The notes: generated by a model not told the origin, from the letters alone. Numbered from the stretch's first letter, positions 10,330-21,110 are shown. The stretch: DNA of 64,000 bases from Myxococcota bacterium (GCA_036337435.1 JAYZEG010000058.1:1-64000), one strand, 5' to 3'. Numbers and translations: made by a program.

Positions 10330-11153
10330 CGTAATGAGTCCGTCTCAGAGAACACCAGTTCGACGCTTGCTTTTAAAGTGGCGTCCGATGTCTTAGGCAG
10401 GTCCATTTTGAACGAATAAGATGCGCTCTGTCCCGGCTTCAGTCGCGTTTGGGCTGGGGACGATTTTCCACTGTCGGCATTGTCGCAGCAATTCACCTTA
10501 CGGCTGGCCAAGGCAAGCCCCCTATCATCGGTCATGGTGATTCGTAGAGAAATGGAATGCTGAATTCGATTGGACTCATTGATCACCCGACCCTCGATGA
10601 GGGCCTGCCGAGTTTTGCCCTTCGAATCAAGCGCCCGGACACGGACGGGCTCGATTTTTAATCGGCCTTCCAACGTCTCAATTTGGGTCGCTGGGATTTG
10701 AGCCACGGCGTCGGATGTAACGGGACTTCGAGCTTGAATGGCCGATTGCACGGCATTGATGGGGTTGGTTGTGAGGCGCTCTACATCCCAATTTAACCGG
10801 TATCCGATCCAGCCAGCGACCAACACAATGACCAGAACAATTGACCAGAGCGCAAAACGGCGAAAGCTCGGCGGCTTAATGACGGCAATCGAGTCGACCG
10901 CTTGGACCGGCTTTGGTTTTGGGGCCTCGGTTGGCGATGGAACGTCCCTGTCGGGCACCAATGCATTTAAGTTTGAAAAAGTCACCCGATCAGCAGGCAG
11001 CCCAGCCGATACGATGACGTCGCCCGCCCCAGCGTCATTATCAGTGGAAACTGACGACGGAAAATCGAGTAAGGGACTCGACGAGAGGACATCATCGTCC
11101 TCAAAATGAGGCTGCACATGGCTATCACGATTTAATTTGTCGTCTTTTGTCAC
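10326..11153 (-). CDS. Single-pass membrane protein with C-terminal DUF3426/FxLYD-like Ig domain
   Basis: Disordered N-terminus, TM helix, then IEGRVINES...LKPGQSASYSF. Confidence 0.6.
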   Translation of the reverse strand: MTKDDKLNRDSHVQPHFEDDDVLSSSPLLDFPSSVSTDNDAGAGDVIVSAGLPADRVTFSNLNALVPDRDVPSPTEAPKPKPVQAVDSIAVIKPPSFRRFALWSIVLVIVLVAGWIGYRLNWDVERLTTNPINAVQSAIQARSPVTSDAVAQIPATQIETLEGRLKIEPVRVRALDSKGKTRQALIEGRVINESNRIQHSISLRITMTDDRGLALASRKVNCCDNADSGKSSPAQTRLKPGQSASYSFKMDLPKTSDATLKASVELVFSETDSLR

Positions 11154-11328
11154 CTAAACGGCCCCATTCAATGGCGTGGTGAATAGACTCGAGTCGACAC
11201 CGACGGCCTATGTACGGCCATTTTCGCATGTCGACGCGGTCCAGACAAGTTGAGGACAGCATCCATTGGTTTTGTTGGTTGACAAATGACCATCAGACAT
11301 CGATCGTCTGCCGACCTATGTCCGGTTT

Positions 11329-11919
11329 TTGCCAGTGGAGGTCGTCTTGGATTCTATCCGTGTCATCAAACGATACGCCAATCGTAAGTTGTACGACACC
11401 AGTACAAGCAAGTACGTGAAACTGGATGAACTGGATGCACTCCTCCAAGCGGGAGAGGACTTTCGCATCATCGACAACGAGACGAAAGAGGACATTACCC
11501 GGATCACACTTGCACAAATCCTGGTCAGAAATGGGCGAAAGGGTTCATTGGGCGATTCGATGCAGTCTTTACGCGGCTTGATCGTCAACACAGGAGAGCA
11601 TCTTCAGAAAAAACTGACGGACCCTGTTCAAAATCTCAGAACGAGCGTTGAAGAGTCAGTGAACCGAATTCTAAAGACCGGGGAAGAACGCGCCGTCCAG
11701 AGTCGTGAGCAATTTCACTCCTGGGTTGCGCAGAATACCCTGGCGATCGATGAGCTTCAAAAACGCTTTGATGAACGGATCAGACAGCCGATGGCGCGCC
11801 TTGATGTCGTGGGCCAGTTGCAATCGCTGACGGAGCGGGTCAAACGACTCGAGGCAGCACTTGGAATTGAATCACCGGATGATCCAGAGTTGATCAATAC
11901 GGACGCTAAGGTCGACTAA
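11329..11919 (+). CDS. PhaR-like polyhydroxyalkanoate regulator DNA-binding protein with coiled coil
   Basis: VIKRYANRKLYDTSTSKYVKL...IIDNETKEDITRITLAQI matches the PHB_acc_N signature. Confidence 0.85.
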   Translation: MPVEVVLDSIRVIKRYANRKLYDTSTSKYVKLDELDALLQAGEDFRIIDNETKEDITRITLAQILVRNGRKGSLGDSMQSLRGLIVNTGEHLQKKLTDPVQNLRTSVEESVNRILKTGEERAVQSREQFHSWVAQNTLAIDELQKRFDERIRQPMARLDVVGQLQSLTERVKRLEAALGIESPDDPELINTDAKVD

Positions 11920-11929
11920 CAAAGAGCGA

Positions 11930-12781
11930 TCAGAAATCGGCCCCAAGATTGACGCCATAGGTTTGTTGTGCGCTCGACAAAGTCACTTCAGGCGTAAAGT
12001 TAAATGCGCCTGTAATGAAGCGGCTGCCCATGGTCAGACGATCAACCCGCTGTTCCTGCTCTGTAAAAACAAAATCGCCCTCACCATTGACCTCTCGCGT
12101 TCCCGGAGTCGAATCGATGACGTTGCTGCGACTGAAAACCCAAAGCGGACTATAAGCGACATATGGCGCTAAATTAACCACGCCTGCTAAGCCGAATGAT
12201 TTGCTCAAAACGACATCAAGGCCTGCTGTACTCATCACGAGCTCGGATGAGCCGATGAGTCTGTTGAAACTACCTCGAAGGGCAAAGTCGATGGGCACAC
12301 TGTCCATACCCTCATGAGGCGCCCATTTCGCCATCACGCCAAACATCCAGAGTTCGCTAAAAAAAAGATACGAGGTATCCATACCGATCTCGATGCTTCC
12401 AGGGAGACCTTTTCTAATCCCGATGCGGGTTGCCACTAGGGTTGATGGCGGATTTTCGTCTTCAATGCCCGTCGTCCAGTACCCGCGGTCAGCATTAATG
12501 GTCGTGGTCGCAAACTGAACATTGAATTGGAAGCCGTTGATGCCCATGGTCTCGGCTGGTGCCATGAGGGTTGGGGATAAAGCGAGGGCATACTCCTTGG
12601 TCAGAAGTTTGAAAGCCTCGGTATCCGCTTGAGGCCGGGAGCCACACGGAGCCTCTGGAGCGACTTGAACACCGACGCAGAGACGGTAGAGGGCCGGGTC
12701 ATTGTCCAACGCCAAGGCGGCACCGCTGCCCAGGGCCAAACTGACACCGAGAGACAAAGAAAACTTAATGAACTTAGACAT
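11930..12781 (-). CDS. Putative outer-membrane beta-barrel protein
   Basis: Signal peptide (ALA), amphipathic beta strands and C-terminal Phe (GVNLGADF). Confidence 0.65.
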   Translation of the reverse strand: MSKFIKFSLSLGVSLALGSGAALALDNDPALYRLCVGVQVAPEAPCGSRPQADTEAFKLLTKEYALALSPTLMAPAETMGINGFQFNVQFATTTINADRGYWTTGIEDENPPSTLVATRIGIRKGLPGSIEIGMDTSYLFFSELWMFGVMAKWAPHEGMDSVPIDFALRGSFNRLIGSSELVMSTAGLDVVLSKSFGLAGVVNLAPYVAYSPLWVFSRSNVIDSTPGTREVNGEGDFVFTEQEQRVDRLTMGSRFITGAFNFTPEVTLSSAQQTYGVNLGADF

Positions 12782-12948
12782 CACAACGCGCTCCAAGAAG
12801 ATAGCCGACTCAAGTTATCGCCCATGTCCGGCATTTTACCTGATGAGGGTAGTTTTCACTAGGTCGAGGTGTCAAGAACCGTAAATCACTTACTGTGACA
12901 TTCCGTTGGAAGGTCGACCCGAGAGCGAGGCTGTACTATGCTGTCGCT

Positions 12949-13806
12949 ATGAAGATAAGATTTCGGCGCAGACGACGGTTTGACCTAGGTAAGGCAATGT
13001 TTATTTTGCCAAACTTTTTTACCGTTAGCTCAATATTTTGCGGGTTTTATGCGGCTGTAACCGCAGCCAGTGTCTCAAGTGGCGACGCTGATGAGAAATT
13101 ATACCGCGCATGCATTGCAGTTCTGTTTTCGATGATTTTTGATTCCGTTGACGGCCGGGTGGCTCGCTTGACCCGGACTCAATCTGCCTTCGGTGTACAA
13201 ATGGACTCTTTGGCCGATGTCATCTCTTTTGGCGTCGCGCCTGCATTGATCGCTTGGCATTGGCTGCTGATCGATTTTGGATCTTGGGGTATGTTCACGT
13301 GTTTCATCTACTGTGCATGTGGCACAATTCGACTCGCTCGATTCAATGTGATGGCTGCAGCAAGTGACGGACCGAGTGCTTACTTCATCGGTCTACCAAT
13401 CCCTGCGGCGGCAGGCTTACTGGTGGCTGTTATTATTTCTACCATCAATGCTGACGTGGCGCTGGGCTCGGACAGTCACTGGATTCCCATGATGATGGTG
13501 GGCTTGGGTTTATTGATGGTCTCAAACGTGAGGTTTCGAACCTTCAAAGCCACTCGTTTGAGTCTTCGTTCGTTTCTACTGATCATTTGCGTATTTATTG
13601 CCTTGGTCGTCGTCGCTCTCCAGACTCGACCGTCCATTGCAATCATTGGGTTGATGAGTAGTTATCTAGCCGTGGGCATTATCGAAGCGATATGGCGCTC
13701 GCTTAATCCCTCGGATGATTCCGATCCGGAAGATGATTACGAAGAGATCGATCTAAGCCATTTGGATCCATTGCTCGAAGACGGCGAAGAAGAACTTGTC
13801 GACTAA
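12949..13806 (+). CDS. pssA: CDP-diacylglycerol--serine O-phosphatidyltransferase
   Basis: LPNFFT, DSVDGRVARLT...FGVQMDSLADVISFGVAP, RLARFN, FIGLPIPAAA. Confidence 0.93.
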   Translation: MKIRFRRRRRFDLGKAMFILPNFFTVSSIFCGFYAAVTAASVSSGDADEKLYRACIAVLFSMIFDSVDGRVARLTRTQSAFGVQMDSLADVISFGVAPALIAWHWLLIDFGSWGMFTCFIYCACGTIRLARFNVMAAASDGPSAYFIGLPIPAAAGLLVAVIISTINADVALGSDSHWIPMMMVGLGLLMVSNVRFRTFKATRLSLRSFLLIICVFIALVVVALQTRPSIAIIGLMSSYLAVGIIEAIWRSLNPSDDSDPEDDYEEIDLSHLDPLLEDGEEELVD

Positions 13807-14716
13807 GGGCCAGCCCAAAACGTCTCGAGAATCGATGGTCTTGATTGGGTCAACATCCCAGTTCGTCGATCTCAGATTGCCTTTCCCGACCTATCGGAAT
13901 CCAAGCGAGATCGGTCCATGCGCTTTTCATGCAGGCGAAAGAATTGCGACTCATGCCCCGATGAAGTCCAATGATTTATTCGCCTCATCTCGATATCAAA
14001 TTGCCCTGGCGGCTTGCCTTGTTAACCAACTGGAGTCAAACGCGAACCCCGACAAAAAGACCGAACAAACGAGTCTTATCGCTCGAAGTGGCACTCACCT
14101 CATCAATGCTTGGTCCGACAACCTCCACTCGAGAATCTGTCGAAGCTTAGCCGAGCGATGGTCGGTCTGTGTATCAAATCAAACTCTCAGAGATCTTGAG
14201 ATGAACAATCTCAATGTGTTGTATACAGGTTCAGAAACACCAGATTCAGTCCGTATCGCCGCCTGGGTTGCCCTCTTAGCCCATAGGGCCGGCCTCACGT
14301 CAGTCAGTCGCCGACAGATGATTTTTGCCGGTCTATGCCATCGACTTGGCCATCCCATTGATAGGCAAATCCATTTAGCTGAAGCACAACGGTTGACCCT
14401 CGCCATCTTGACGGCAAACAAACCGATACCGGAACTGGTACACGGAACCATATTGCATTGCCGAGAACGCCTAGACGGACTTGGACAGCCGTATGGGATC
14501 GATGGAAAAAGAATCCCAGTAGGGGCCCAATTGCTTGGGCTTGCAATCGATTTAGACGAATATCTGTCGAGCTTGAAGAACCTGAGAGGCCTGGAGACAA
14601 GCCTACCCGAGTTTCTCCGTTCTATGAGTAACCGATACGACACACGTTGGCTGGATATGCTGGCCCAGACAATGGATTCGGACAATTTGGCGCCACGGAT
14701 TCGCACGACTCCTTGA
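13796..14716 (+). CDS. Degenerate HD-GYP domain protein
   Basis: GLCHRLG and HCRERLDGLGQPYG..IPVGAQLL align with HDIGK and HHERxDGxGYP, but key residues are changed. Confidence 0.6.
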   Translation: MSTKGQPKTSRESMVLIGSTSQFVDLRLPFPTYRNPSEIGPCAFHAGERIATHAPMKSNDLFASSRYQIALAACLVNQLESNANPDKKTEQTSLIARSGTHLINAWSDNLHSRICRSLAERWSVCVSNQTLRDLEMNNLNVLYTGSETPDSVRIAAWVALLAHRAGLTSVSRRQMIFAGLCHRLGHPIDRQIHLAEAQRLTLAILTANKPIPELVHGTILHCRERLDGLGQPYGIDGKRIPVGAQLLGLAIDLDEYLSSLKNLRGLETSLPEFLRSMSNRYDTRWLDMLAQTMDSDNLAPRIRTTP

Positions 14717-14785
14717 CCCATGGCGTGGTGGATCGTATAGCTCACTACGAACTCGGCTCTCATGTCGACATCTGATGAGGTATCT

Positions 14786-15784
14786 ATGCGTCTGTTCACA
14801 CACTTACCGTTAATTGCAATTGTCATTGCTGGACTACAGCTGGGCTGCGAAGAGGATGTTCAAAAGCAAACTCTGAAAGAGGCTCGACAGGCAGTCAAGG
14901 CATCACAATACGACCTGGCTCTCAAGAAATTTAAAGCCCTGCTCGAGCTGGCACCCGATGATTACAATGGCCTATGGGGCATCGCGGATGTGTACGGCAA
15001 ACAAGGCAATGTGATCGAGCAAGAAAAAATGCTCAATAAGATTCTAGAAAACGAAGAGTACAAAAAAAGCTTTTCTCGAATTCTCATGCCTGCTCTCGAA
15101 CAAAACTATGTCATGCAAGGCAATAATCTGCTTGGTGCCGACGTAAAGAAAGCCGAAGAATTTTATCGTAAAGCGTTGGAACTCAACAAGAAAAACGCTC
15201 TAGCCAATTCAAATTTAGCCGAATTATTGATGAATCGGGGTGATGCTGCACAGCGCGCTGGAAAGTACCAGCTCGCTGACGATTCATTCCGGGCTGCAAT
15301 CAAGTTAAGGATTGCCAGTAAGCTAAGAAAAAAATTAAAAAAACGAGCCGAGCTATCCGAGTTTTTCGTTCAGAGAGCAACCGTTCTACCCATCTTTGAA
15401 AAGGCAAAAGCAGACCTAGTCAAGGCGGGACAATACGACCCCAAGACGAAGCTATTTAAGGTCACCGTTGAGGAAACTTTCGATGCCCCCAAGAAGAAGT
15501 CAGCAAACGACAGGGCTCAGTTCCAGCGAAAAGGCATGATGAAACTGCTCAACTCAATCACCGATCTCGTTTGGAAAATTGCAGATAAAAAGCGCACTGA
15601 TGATGTTGCACCAATCGAGTTTAAAGCGTCGCTATTAAAAGGGTTGGCAAAGAGTCAAGAATTGAGCCAAAAGGGTAAGAAATACACGTACAAAGCAAGC
15701 GTCGGCATTGCGCGTGATGCCTTACTCTTTCATGTCATCGACGTCAAAGCCGGTGAATATAAAAAAATAAAAGCTAAGAAATAG
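14786..15784 (+). CDS. Tetratricopeptide-repeat lipoprotein
   Basis: Lipobox LQLGC and TPR motifs (AEEFYRKALELN, ALKKFKALLELAP). Confidence 0.8.
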   Translation: MRLFTHLPLIAIVIAGLQLGCEEDVQKQTLKEARQAVKASQYDLALKKFKALLELAPDDYNGLWGIADVYGKQGNVIEQEKMLNKILENEEYKKSFSRILMPALEQNYVMQGNNLLGADVKKAEEFYRKALELNKKNALANSNLAELLMNRGDAAQRAGKYQLADDSFRAAIKLRIASKLRKKLKKRAELSEFFVQRATVLPIFEKAKADLVKAGQYDPKTKLFKVTVEETFDAPKKKSANDRAQFQRKGMMKLLNSITDLVWKIADKKRTDDVAPIEFKASLLKGLAKSQELSQKGKKYTYKASVGIARDALLFHVIDVKAGEYKKIKAKK

Positions 15785-15785
15785 C

Positions 15786-16160
15786 TCATGGACTTGATGG
15801 CTTTTGAAAAGCCATCACCAAGCAACACCATCCCAAAATAAAGGACAGACCGCCGAGCGGGACGACCGCCCCAAGAATGCGGGTTCCTGTCAGTGCCATT
15901 GCATACAAACAACCGGAAAACAAAACCAAGCCTATCACCATGAACCGGGCGGACCAACGATGCCAGGCCTCGTTACTCGCATGTTCCTTAGCAACCCCAA
16001 TGACCAGCAATCCAAGGCCGTGCCAAAAATGGTAATCTGAGGCTGTTTGAAACCAAGCCGCACGCGGGCCAACGAGAACATCTGTGAGCGCATGGGCACC
16101 AAATGCGCCGATAATTACGGCCAGCGCAAGCATCCCACCACCGAGAGAAATCCCATTCAT
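15786..16160 (-). CDS. DUF423 (YgdD/TMEM256) family membrane protein
   Basis: GAFGAHAL, YHFWHGL, LFSGCLY, GAVVPLGG. Confidence 0.9.
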   Translation of the reverse strand: MNGISLGGGMLALAVIIGAFGAHALTDVLVGPRAAWFQTASDYHFWHGLGLLVIGVAKEHASNEAWHRWSARFMVIGLVLFSGCLYAMALTGTRILGAVVPLGGLSFILGWCCLVMAFQKPSSP

Positions 16161-19135
16161 TTGATCTCTCTCAACACCATGAACTTCCGGGTTCTGACTT
16201 GGTCAGCCTGAGTGCGCCCGACAATTTCAATCTGGTTGACCCCATCGACCAGAGGAACCTGGGTCTTAAATGTCATTTCGTTGCTTGCACCGGCATGCGG
16301 TGCACTCTTAAAGAAAACCTTTTGATTATTTCGAAACACCCTCAGATCTTTGAGAGCATACTGGCTGGTCAACCGACCCATAACTGCGACCGTTTGTGCG
16401 TCAACGATCTCCTGGGGCTCGTTTTCCGTCTCGATGGTAATCAACCCGTTAGGCTCGGTTGCTGTAAACGACGTGGGCAAGTGGCCGCCCGGCTCCACAT
16501 CCTGTCGTCGGACCCAGCCGAAGGTACCATCCGGCAAGGTCACCCGATACCAACCCGGCATACCCGCGCGGACCCGTAAATGGCCTGTCAAAGTGCCAAT
16601 TTGGGGACTCTCAGACCAATAATGAGAATAGACATCAATGGCCGATGATTTGGGTTTTAGATTGAGCGTTTCAGGGTGCAGTCGACGCGCTTTTTGGACG
16701 ACCACTAACGGCAAGGTCCCGGACGTGACCTCGCCCTTCTTAGGGTCTACAATCGCTAAGCGAAGGGGGAGCTTGGCCGGAAGGACGTCTTTCACTCGAA
16801 TCTTGAACTTGAGGTGAGTCAAGCCGTCCGATTCAAGCCGACCTGATTCAATTCGACCGCGCTCAATAATGAGTTTACGATCTTGGTCATCTTTGTGACG
16901 TTTCAGAATGCCAAGCAGTGAATCGGCCGGGCCTAATCCTCGGTTTTTGACACGCACATTGAGTTCCACAGTCTCACCGCTCTGCAGGAGCCCATCGCCA
17001 TTTCCAAAACGGCTATCATCGATTCGATAATCAAATGCAAAGGCTGGCGAAGGAGATTGAACGACTTTAAAGCGCACGGTTCGAACCATTGGTTTATCCA
17101 AATTCTTAGCGCTGACGTTCAGGTCAAATTTCAGTGGCCCTGGCGGGGTCGACGCATCCAACGGAAATTCAGTGGTCCAAGTTTTCGACTCGCCTGGTTT
17201 TAATCGACCAAAGATAAATTCTCGATTATCTAATTGCTGAAATTTACTCTGACTGATGGCCGCCAGTCTCACATAATCACCGGACCCTTGATTTTTAATG
17301 GACACTGAGACCCGAAGAGCTTTACCAGCAATAATCGTCTGATTTTCCAGATTCGTCTCGATATCGATTTTTGCTTGGGGCGAACCCGACGCAGGACCGA
17401 CGTCTGTCCAATCTATACCCCGTTTTGACAGAGCCTGATCGACGCGCGACTCGGTTGTTTTTAATCGCTCGCGCATCAAGAACTTTACGTCCCGCAGCAT
17501 GACCTCTCGGTCGGTAGACTTAACTGCTCTCAACAAATCGGCGGCCAAACTTGTCTCGTAGTCTTCCAAGAGTTTCTCTGGCATCTGCGCGATTTTCTTT
17601 TCTATTTCCAGATCCCGTAAATACGACACCGTATACGCCGATTTCATGGTGTCGTCGTTTTGACCACTTGCTAAGGTTTGCAAATGTTTTGGAAGGCGTT
17701 TTTCACCCGCTTCCGTGTCGACAAACAAGTCTACATTGTTTCGTCCAACAAGGAGCGGTCTAACCTCAATATCAGGCGTCACACCCACCGATTGGATGCT
17801 TACATCTCCGGGTGTCAAATACTGAGCGATGGTCAACTTGAGTGCTGAATCATCTTGATTGTCGTAAATCACTTGAACTGAGCCCTTACCGAAGCTCCGG
17901 CGACCAATCAAGATCGCTCGATTATGGTTTTTCAAAGCCCCAGCAACAATTTCGCTCGCACTGGCACTTGACTCATCGATTAAGACAGCGATCGGCAGAC
18001 GTGTGTTTGTGCCGGCCCGAGTCGCCATCTTTGGCTGTCGGACCTTTTGTCCATAGCCGACTGTCGTCACCAACGGGCCAGAAATGACGAAACTGTCGGC
18101 GATTCGAACGGCTTGCTCTAACAAGCCTCCAGGGTTACCCCTCAGGTCAATGATCAGGCCTTTGAGCTTCTTTTTTGCCTTCGATTCAAGATAGGCCTGA
18201 GCCTGAATTAATTCATCGTGAGTCGAGCTTTGAAACTGGTCGATACGAATGAGACCGACCCGGCCTTTGAGCAATCTTCGGTGTACACTGTCGACCTCAA
18301 TTTCTGCACGGGGCACAACAAACTTTCTCGGAACGGACCATCCACGACGACTGATCCAAATCACAGCTGGCGTGTTGGGTTCGCCGCGTAATAATTCAAC
18401 GGTTTCATCGGTGGTCATATTGACGGTGCTGTCTAGTCCGATCTGGACGACTTTATCACCTGCCTTGAGGCCTGCTCGATAAGCCGGAGTATTGGGTATC
18501 GGTCTGACGATGACCGGGTAACCGTTCTCTATTTGAATGACGATACCCAAGCCACCAAAGCGCCCATAGGTATTGAGCTTCATCTCCCGGTATTCGTTCG
18601 GACCCAATAGAACACTGTGGGGATCAAGGGTCGATAAAATCCCATTGATCGCAGCATATTCAACATACTTGGGCCGTTCGATAAGCTTCGCATTGCGCTG
18701 AATATATTTGAAGATATCCTTCAATTTGAAGGACATCTGCCACAGATTTTCCACATTCGATAATTGAAAGCGTTTGCTTTCGCTTCCCGCTTTGACAAGC
18801 GCCTCATCAGGCCGACCCGACGCGTTTTTGCTTATGCTCACAAAAACATCATCGATTTCGGTCTGCAAATATTCTAACGCTGACCCAAGCATTTGAGCCT
18901 CATCGATTCGACTTGGGTCTACATAGTTTTCTTTCAGATGAATGACCGTACGTCCCAAGAGGGCAAGTCGCGTGATATCGTAGGTTGAAACGGAATCACC
19001 ATCCGCCTTGGCCGCTGCCCGATGAACCTGGACCGGAATGGTGCCTTGGTCCAATGAGAAGACGCCACTCACCAATGCCATGAAGGTGATACAAACCAGG
19101 ACTAAAACCCGTATAATCCGCACATGTATGAACAC
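16157..19135 (-). CDS. S41 C-terminal processing peptidase with PDZ and C-terminal Ig-like extensions (MXAN_5808-like)
   Basis: LDPHS, FGGLGI PDZ, DLRGNPGGLL, catalytic SASASE and FGKGSVQ, plus a long Ig-like tail. Confidence 0.92.
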   Translation of the reverse strand: MFIHVRIIRVLVLVCITFMALVSGVFSLDQGTIPVQVHRAAAKADGDSVSTYDITRLALLGRTVIHLKENYVDPSRIDEAQMLGSALEYLQTEIDDVFVSISKNASGRPDEALVKAGSESKRFQLSNVENLWQMSFKLKDIFKYIQRNAKLIERPKYVEYAAINGILSTLDPHSVLLGPNEYREMKLNTYGRFGGLGIVIQIENGYPVIVRPIPNTPAYRAGLKAGDKVVQIGLDSTVNMTTDETVELLRGEPNTPAVIWISRRGWSVPRKFVVPRAEIEVDSVHRRLLKGRVGLIRIDQFQSSTHDELIQAQAYLESKAKKKLKGLIIDLRGNPGGLLEQAVRIADSFVISGPLVTTVGYGQKVRQPKMATRAGTNTRLPIAVLIDESSASASEIVAGALKNHNRAILIGRRSFGKGSVQVIYDNQDDSALKLTIAQYLTPGDVSIQSVGVTPDIEVRPLLVGRNNVDLFVDTEAGEKRLPKHLQTLASGQNDDTMKSAYTVSYLRDLEIEKKIAQMPEKLLEDYETSLAADLLRAVKSTDREVMLRDVKFLMRERLKTTESRVDQALSKRGIDWTDVGPASGSPQAKIDIETNLENQTIIAGKALRVSVSIKNQGSGDYVRLAAISQSKFQQLDNREFIFGRLKPGESKTWTTEFPLDASTPPGPLKFDLNVSAKNLDKPMVRTVRFKVVQSPSPAFAFDYRIDDSRFGNGDGLLQSGETVELNVRVKNRGLGPADSLLGILKRHKDDQDRKLIIERGRIESGRLESDGLTHLKFKIRVKDVLPAKLPLRLAIVDPKKGEVTSGTLPLVVVQKARRLHPETLNLKPKSSAIDVYSHYWSESPQIGTLTGHLRVRAGMPGWYRVTLPDGTFGWVRRQDVEPGGHLPTSFTATEPNGLITIETENEPQEIVDAQTVAVMGRLTSQYALKDLRVFRNNQKVFFKSAPHAGASNEMTFKTQVPLVDGVNQIEIVGRTQADQVRTRKFMVLREIK

Positions 19136-19376
19136 GTTGTGACTCTCGGCCCAAAAAAGGCCTGTCGTTAAATACCAACCTGCACTGTAAGCCGATCCGG
19201 AAATTTCAGCTAACTCACGGGTTCATTTAATTTCACGACCGAAACCTAAAAACGATTCAAAGGCCGTTAAAAAAGGCCGTCAGACTGGGGAATAATGCGC
19301 CCGTTTGTCGGGTATGGTTGACACTCGCTACACGACCATTTAAGGCTGGAGGTAGGGACCAAAAAGGAAAATCGCT

Positions 19377-19772
19377 ATGGGTGATGAAAACAAGCGGCCG
19401 ATCATTATGCTTGCAGACGACGATATCGAGATCAGGCGTATCCTCGTTCGCGCATTAAACGACCTTGATGCCGAGATCTTAGAAGCATCGGATGGTGAAG
19501 AAGCACTTGAGACGATCATTCAAAGACAACCCGACTTGGTTATCTTGGATGTAATGATGCCCACGCTGTCGGGCTGGGAACTTTGCAAGTACATTCGAAG
19601 CAAACCCAATTTAGAGCATATCGCTGTTCTGATGTTGACGGCGATTGGTCGGACGGTAAACGAAATGACGTCACCCCTCTACGGGGCGGATGCGTATATG
19701 GATAAGCCCTTCGACATTCAGGAGGTCTTAGAGACCGTCAACAACCTGCTCACCGAGGCCCGCGCGAATTAA
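19377..19772 (+). CDS. Single-domain response regulator (receiver)
   Basis: ADDD, LDVMMPTLSG, LTA and KPF motifs. Confidence 0.93.
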   Translation: MGDENKRPIIMLADDDIEIRRILVRALNDLDAEILEASDGEEALETIIQRQPDLVILDVMMPTLSGWELCKYIRSKPNLEHIAVLMLTAIGRTVNEMTSPLYGADAYMDKPFDIQEVLETVNNLLTEARAN

Positions 19773-19799
19773 ACCCTGGGTGTAAACACGAAATCGTGT

Positions 19800-21110
19800 T
19801 CATGGACGTGTCATCTTCATGATCTTAGCCTTGAGCACTTTTAAGTCTGAGTCCGATGGCCGGTAGGTCAGCGCAAGGTCGATGTGCTGGAGGGCCGATT
19901 CGGCACGACCAGCATCAAACGCTTTCTGAGAGAGATGTTTATGAGTGTTTGACCGCTGGTTCCGCAGGCTGCTCAACATAATCGCTAATTGTTTTTGAGA
20001 CTCTTCACTGGGCGATATTTTCGCACCCAATTTAACGAGCTTTTCAAAACTAACTCCGTCTTTCGCCGCCGTATCGATTTCATCGAGTAACAGTTGGTCC
20101 GCCAATGTCTGAGCCAAATGGTCCATCTGCATTGGCTGCTGCCCAATTAAGTTACCGAGAACCTGGGCATAGGTCAGCTCAACTTGAGCTTCTCCGAAAC
20201 GTCCTTCGGTCATCTTGTCCTGAGTTCGTTTCACCTGTTCTGCAATGAGGCGTTCCAGGTCTGGTCCCGCGGGGGCTTTAAGAAGTCCAATGCTTAAAAC
20301 GACAACGAAACTACAAATACATGCGATGGCCAATCCAGCCCACCTTGACCCAGTCGTTTGAGACTGTTCGGTTTTCAACACCGAGTTCACGAAAGACGCT
20401 CTCGGTTCTGGAACTCTTCGCCAGCCAACTGTTTCAAAGCGAATCTTCGTTTTGCCAATCACGATGACATCGCCGTCAAAAAGATCAAAAGACTGAATTT
20501 TACGACCGTTGACATAGGTGCCATTGCCACTACCAAGATCGATGATTGAGAAGCCCAGCTCATGACGTTCAAAACGAGCATGATGACGACTGGCACCGTC
20601 ATCCATCATTAAGATATCGGTGTCGAGTCCTCGACCGAGGACGAGGTCAGGCTGATCGAGATACACGGTTGTTCTTTGGTCGCTGGGTTCAATCACCGCT
20701 AAGCGGGCTCGGACCATAGACCGTTTGGATTTTTCAGATTTTGTCCTGAGAACCAATCGTTTTCTGCGAGGAGAATTGATCACCTCCACCACACTCCCGG
20801 GGGGCGCAACACGAACTTTACCGGTCTCGGACAGCACCGCTTCTGTCGGTGACCGGCGTGTTTGAGTTTCTTCATGCGGCTCTGGCGGTACAGTCGATGA
20901 ACCCAGGTCGGTATTTGGTATCTCAAGAATCTCGATTGCCTCAGGCGATAATTCAACAAGGTCATCATCGAGAATTGGAACCATCGAGCCGTCATCATCA
21001 GTCTGAGACATGGTTGACCGATCGACTGAACGGTCGACCTGCTCTGGCTTGTCATCCGAAGGGACACCGGCATCCAAAATGGCATCAAATTTATTGGTGT
21101 CGTCGTTCAC
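19800..21110 (-). CDS. FHA domain membrane protein with TPR-like extracytoplasmic C-terminus
   Basis: LGR, ASRHHA, DLGSGNGT, a TM helix and a helical C-terminus. Confidence 0.82.
   Translation of the reverse strand: MNDDTNKFDAILDAGVPSDDKPEQVDRSVDRSTMSQTDDDGSMVPILDDDLVELSPEAIEILEIPNTDLGSSTVPPEPHEETQTRRSPTEAVLSETGKVRVAPPGSVVEVINSPRRKRLVLRTKSEKSKRSMVRARLAVIEPSDQRTTVYLDQPDLVLGRGLDTDILMMDDGASRHHARFERHELGFSIIDLGSGNGTYVNGRKIQSFDLFDGDVIVIGKTKIRFETVGWRRVPEPRASFVNSVLKTEQSQTTGSRWAGLAIACICSFVVVLSIGLLKAPAGPDLERLIAEQVKRTQDKMTEGRFGEAQVELTYAQVLGNLIGQQPMQMDHLAQTLADQLLLDEIDTAAKDGVSFEKLVKLGAKISPSEESQKQLAIMLSSLRNQRSNTHKHLSQKAFDAGRAESALQHIDLALTYRPSDSDLKVLKAKIMKMTRP

Noticed and set aside
14179..14826. 215-aa minus-strand ORF and other short overlapping ORFs in the track
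   Set aside because: They overlap better-supported genes on the other strand or frame and have no recognisable motifs
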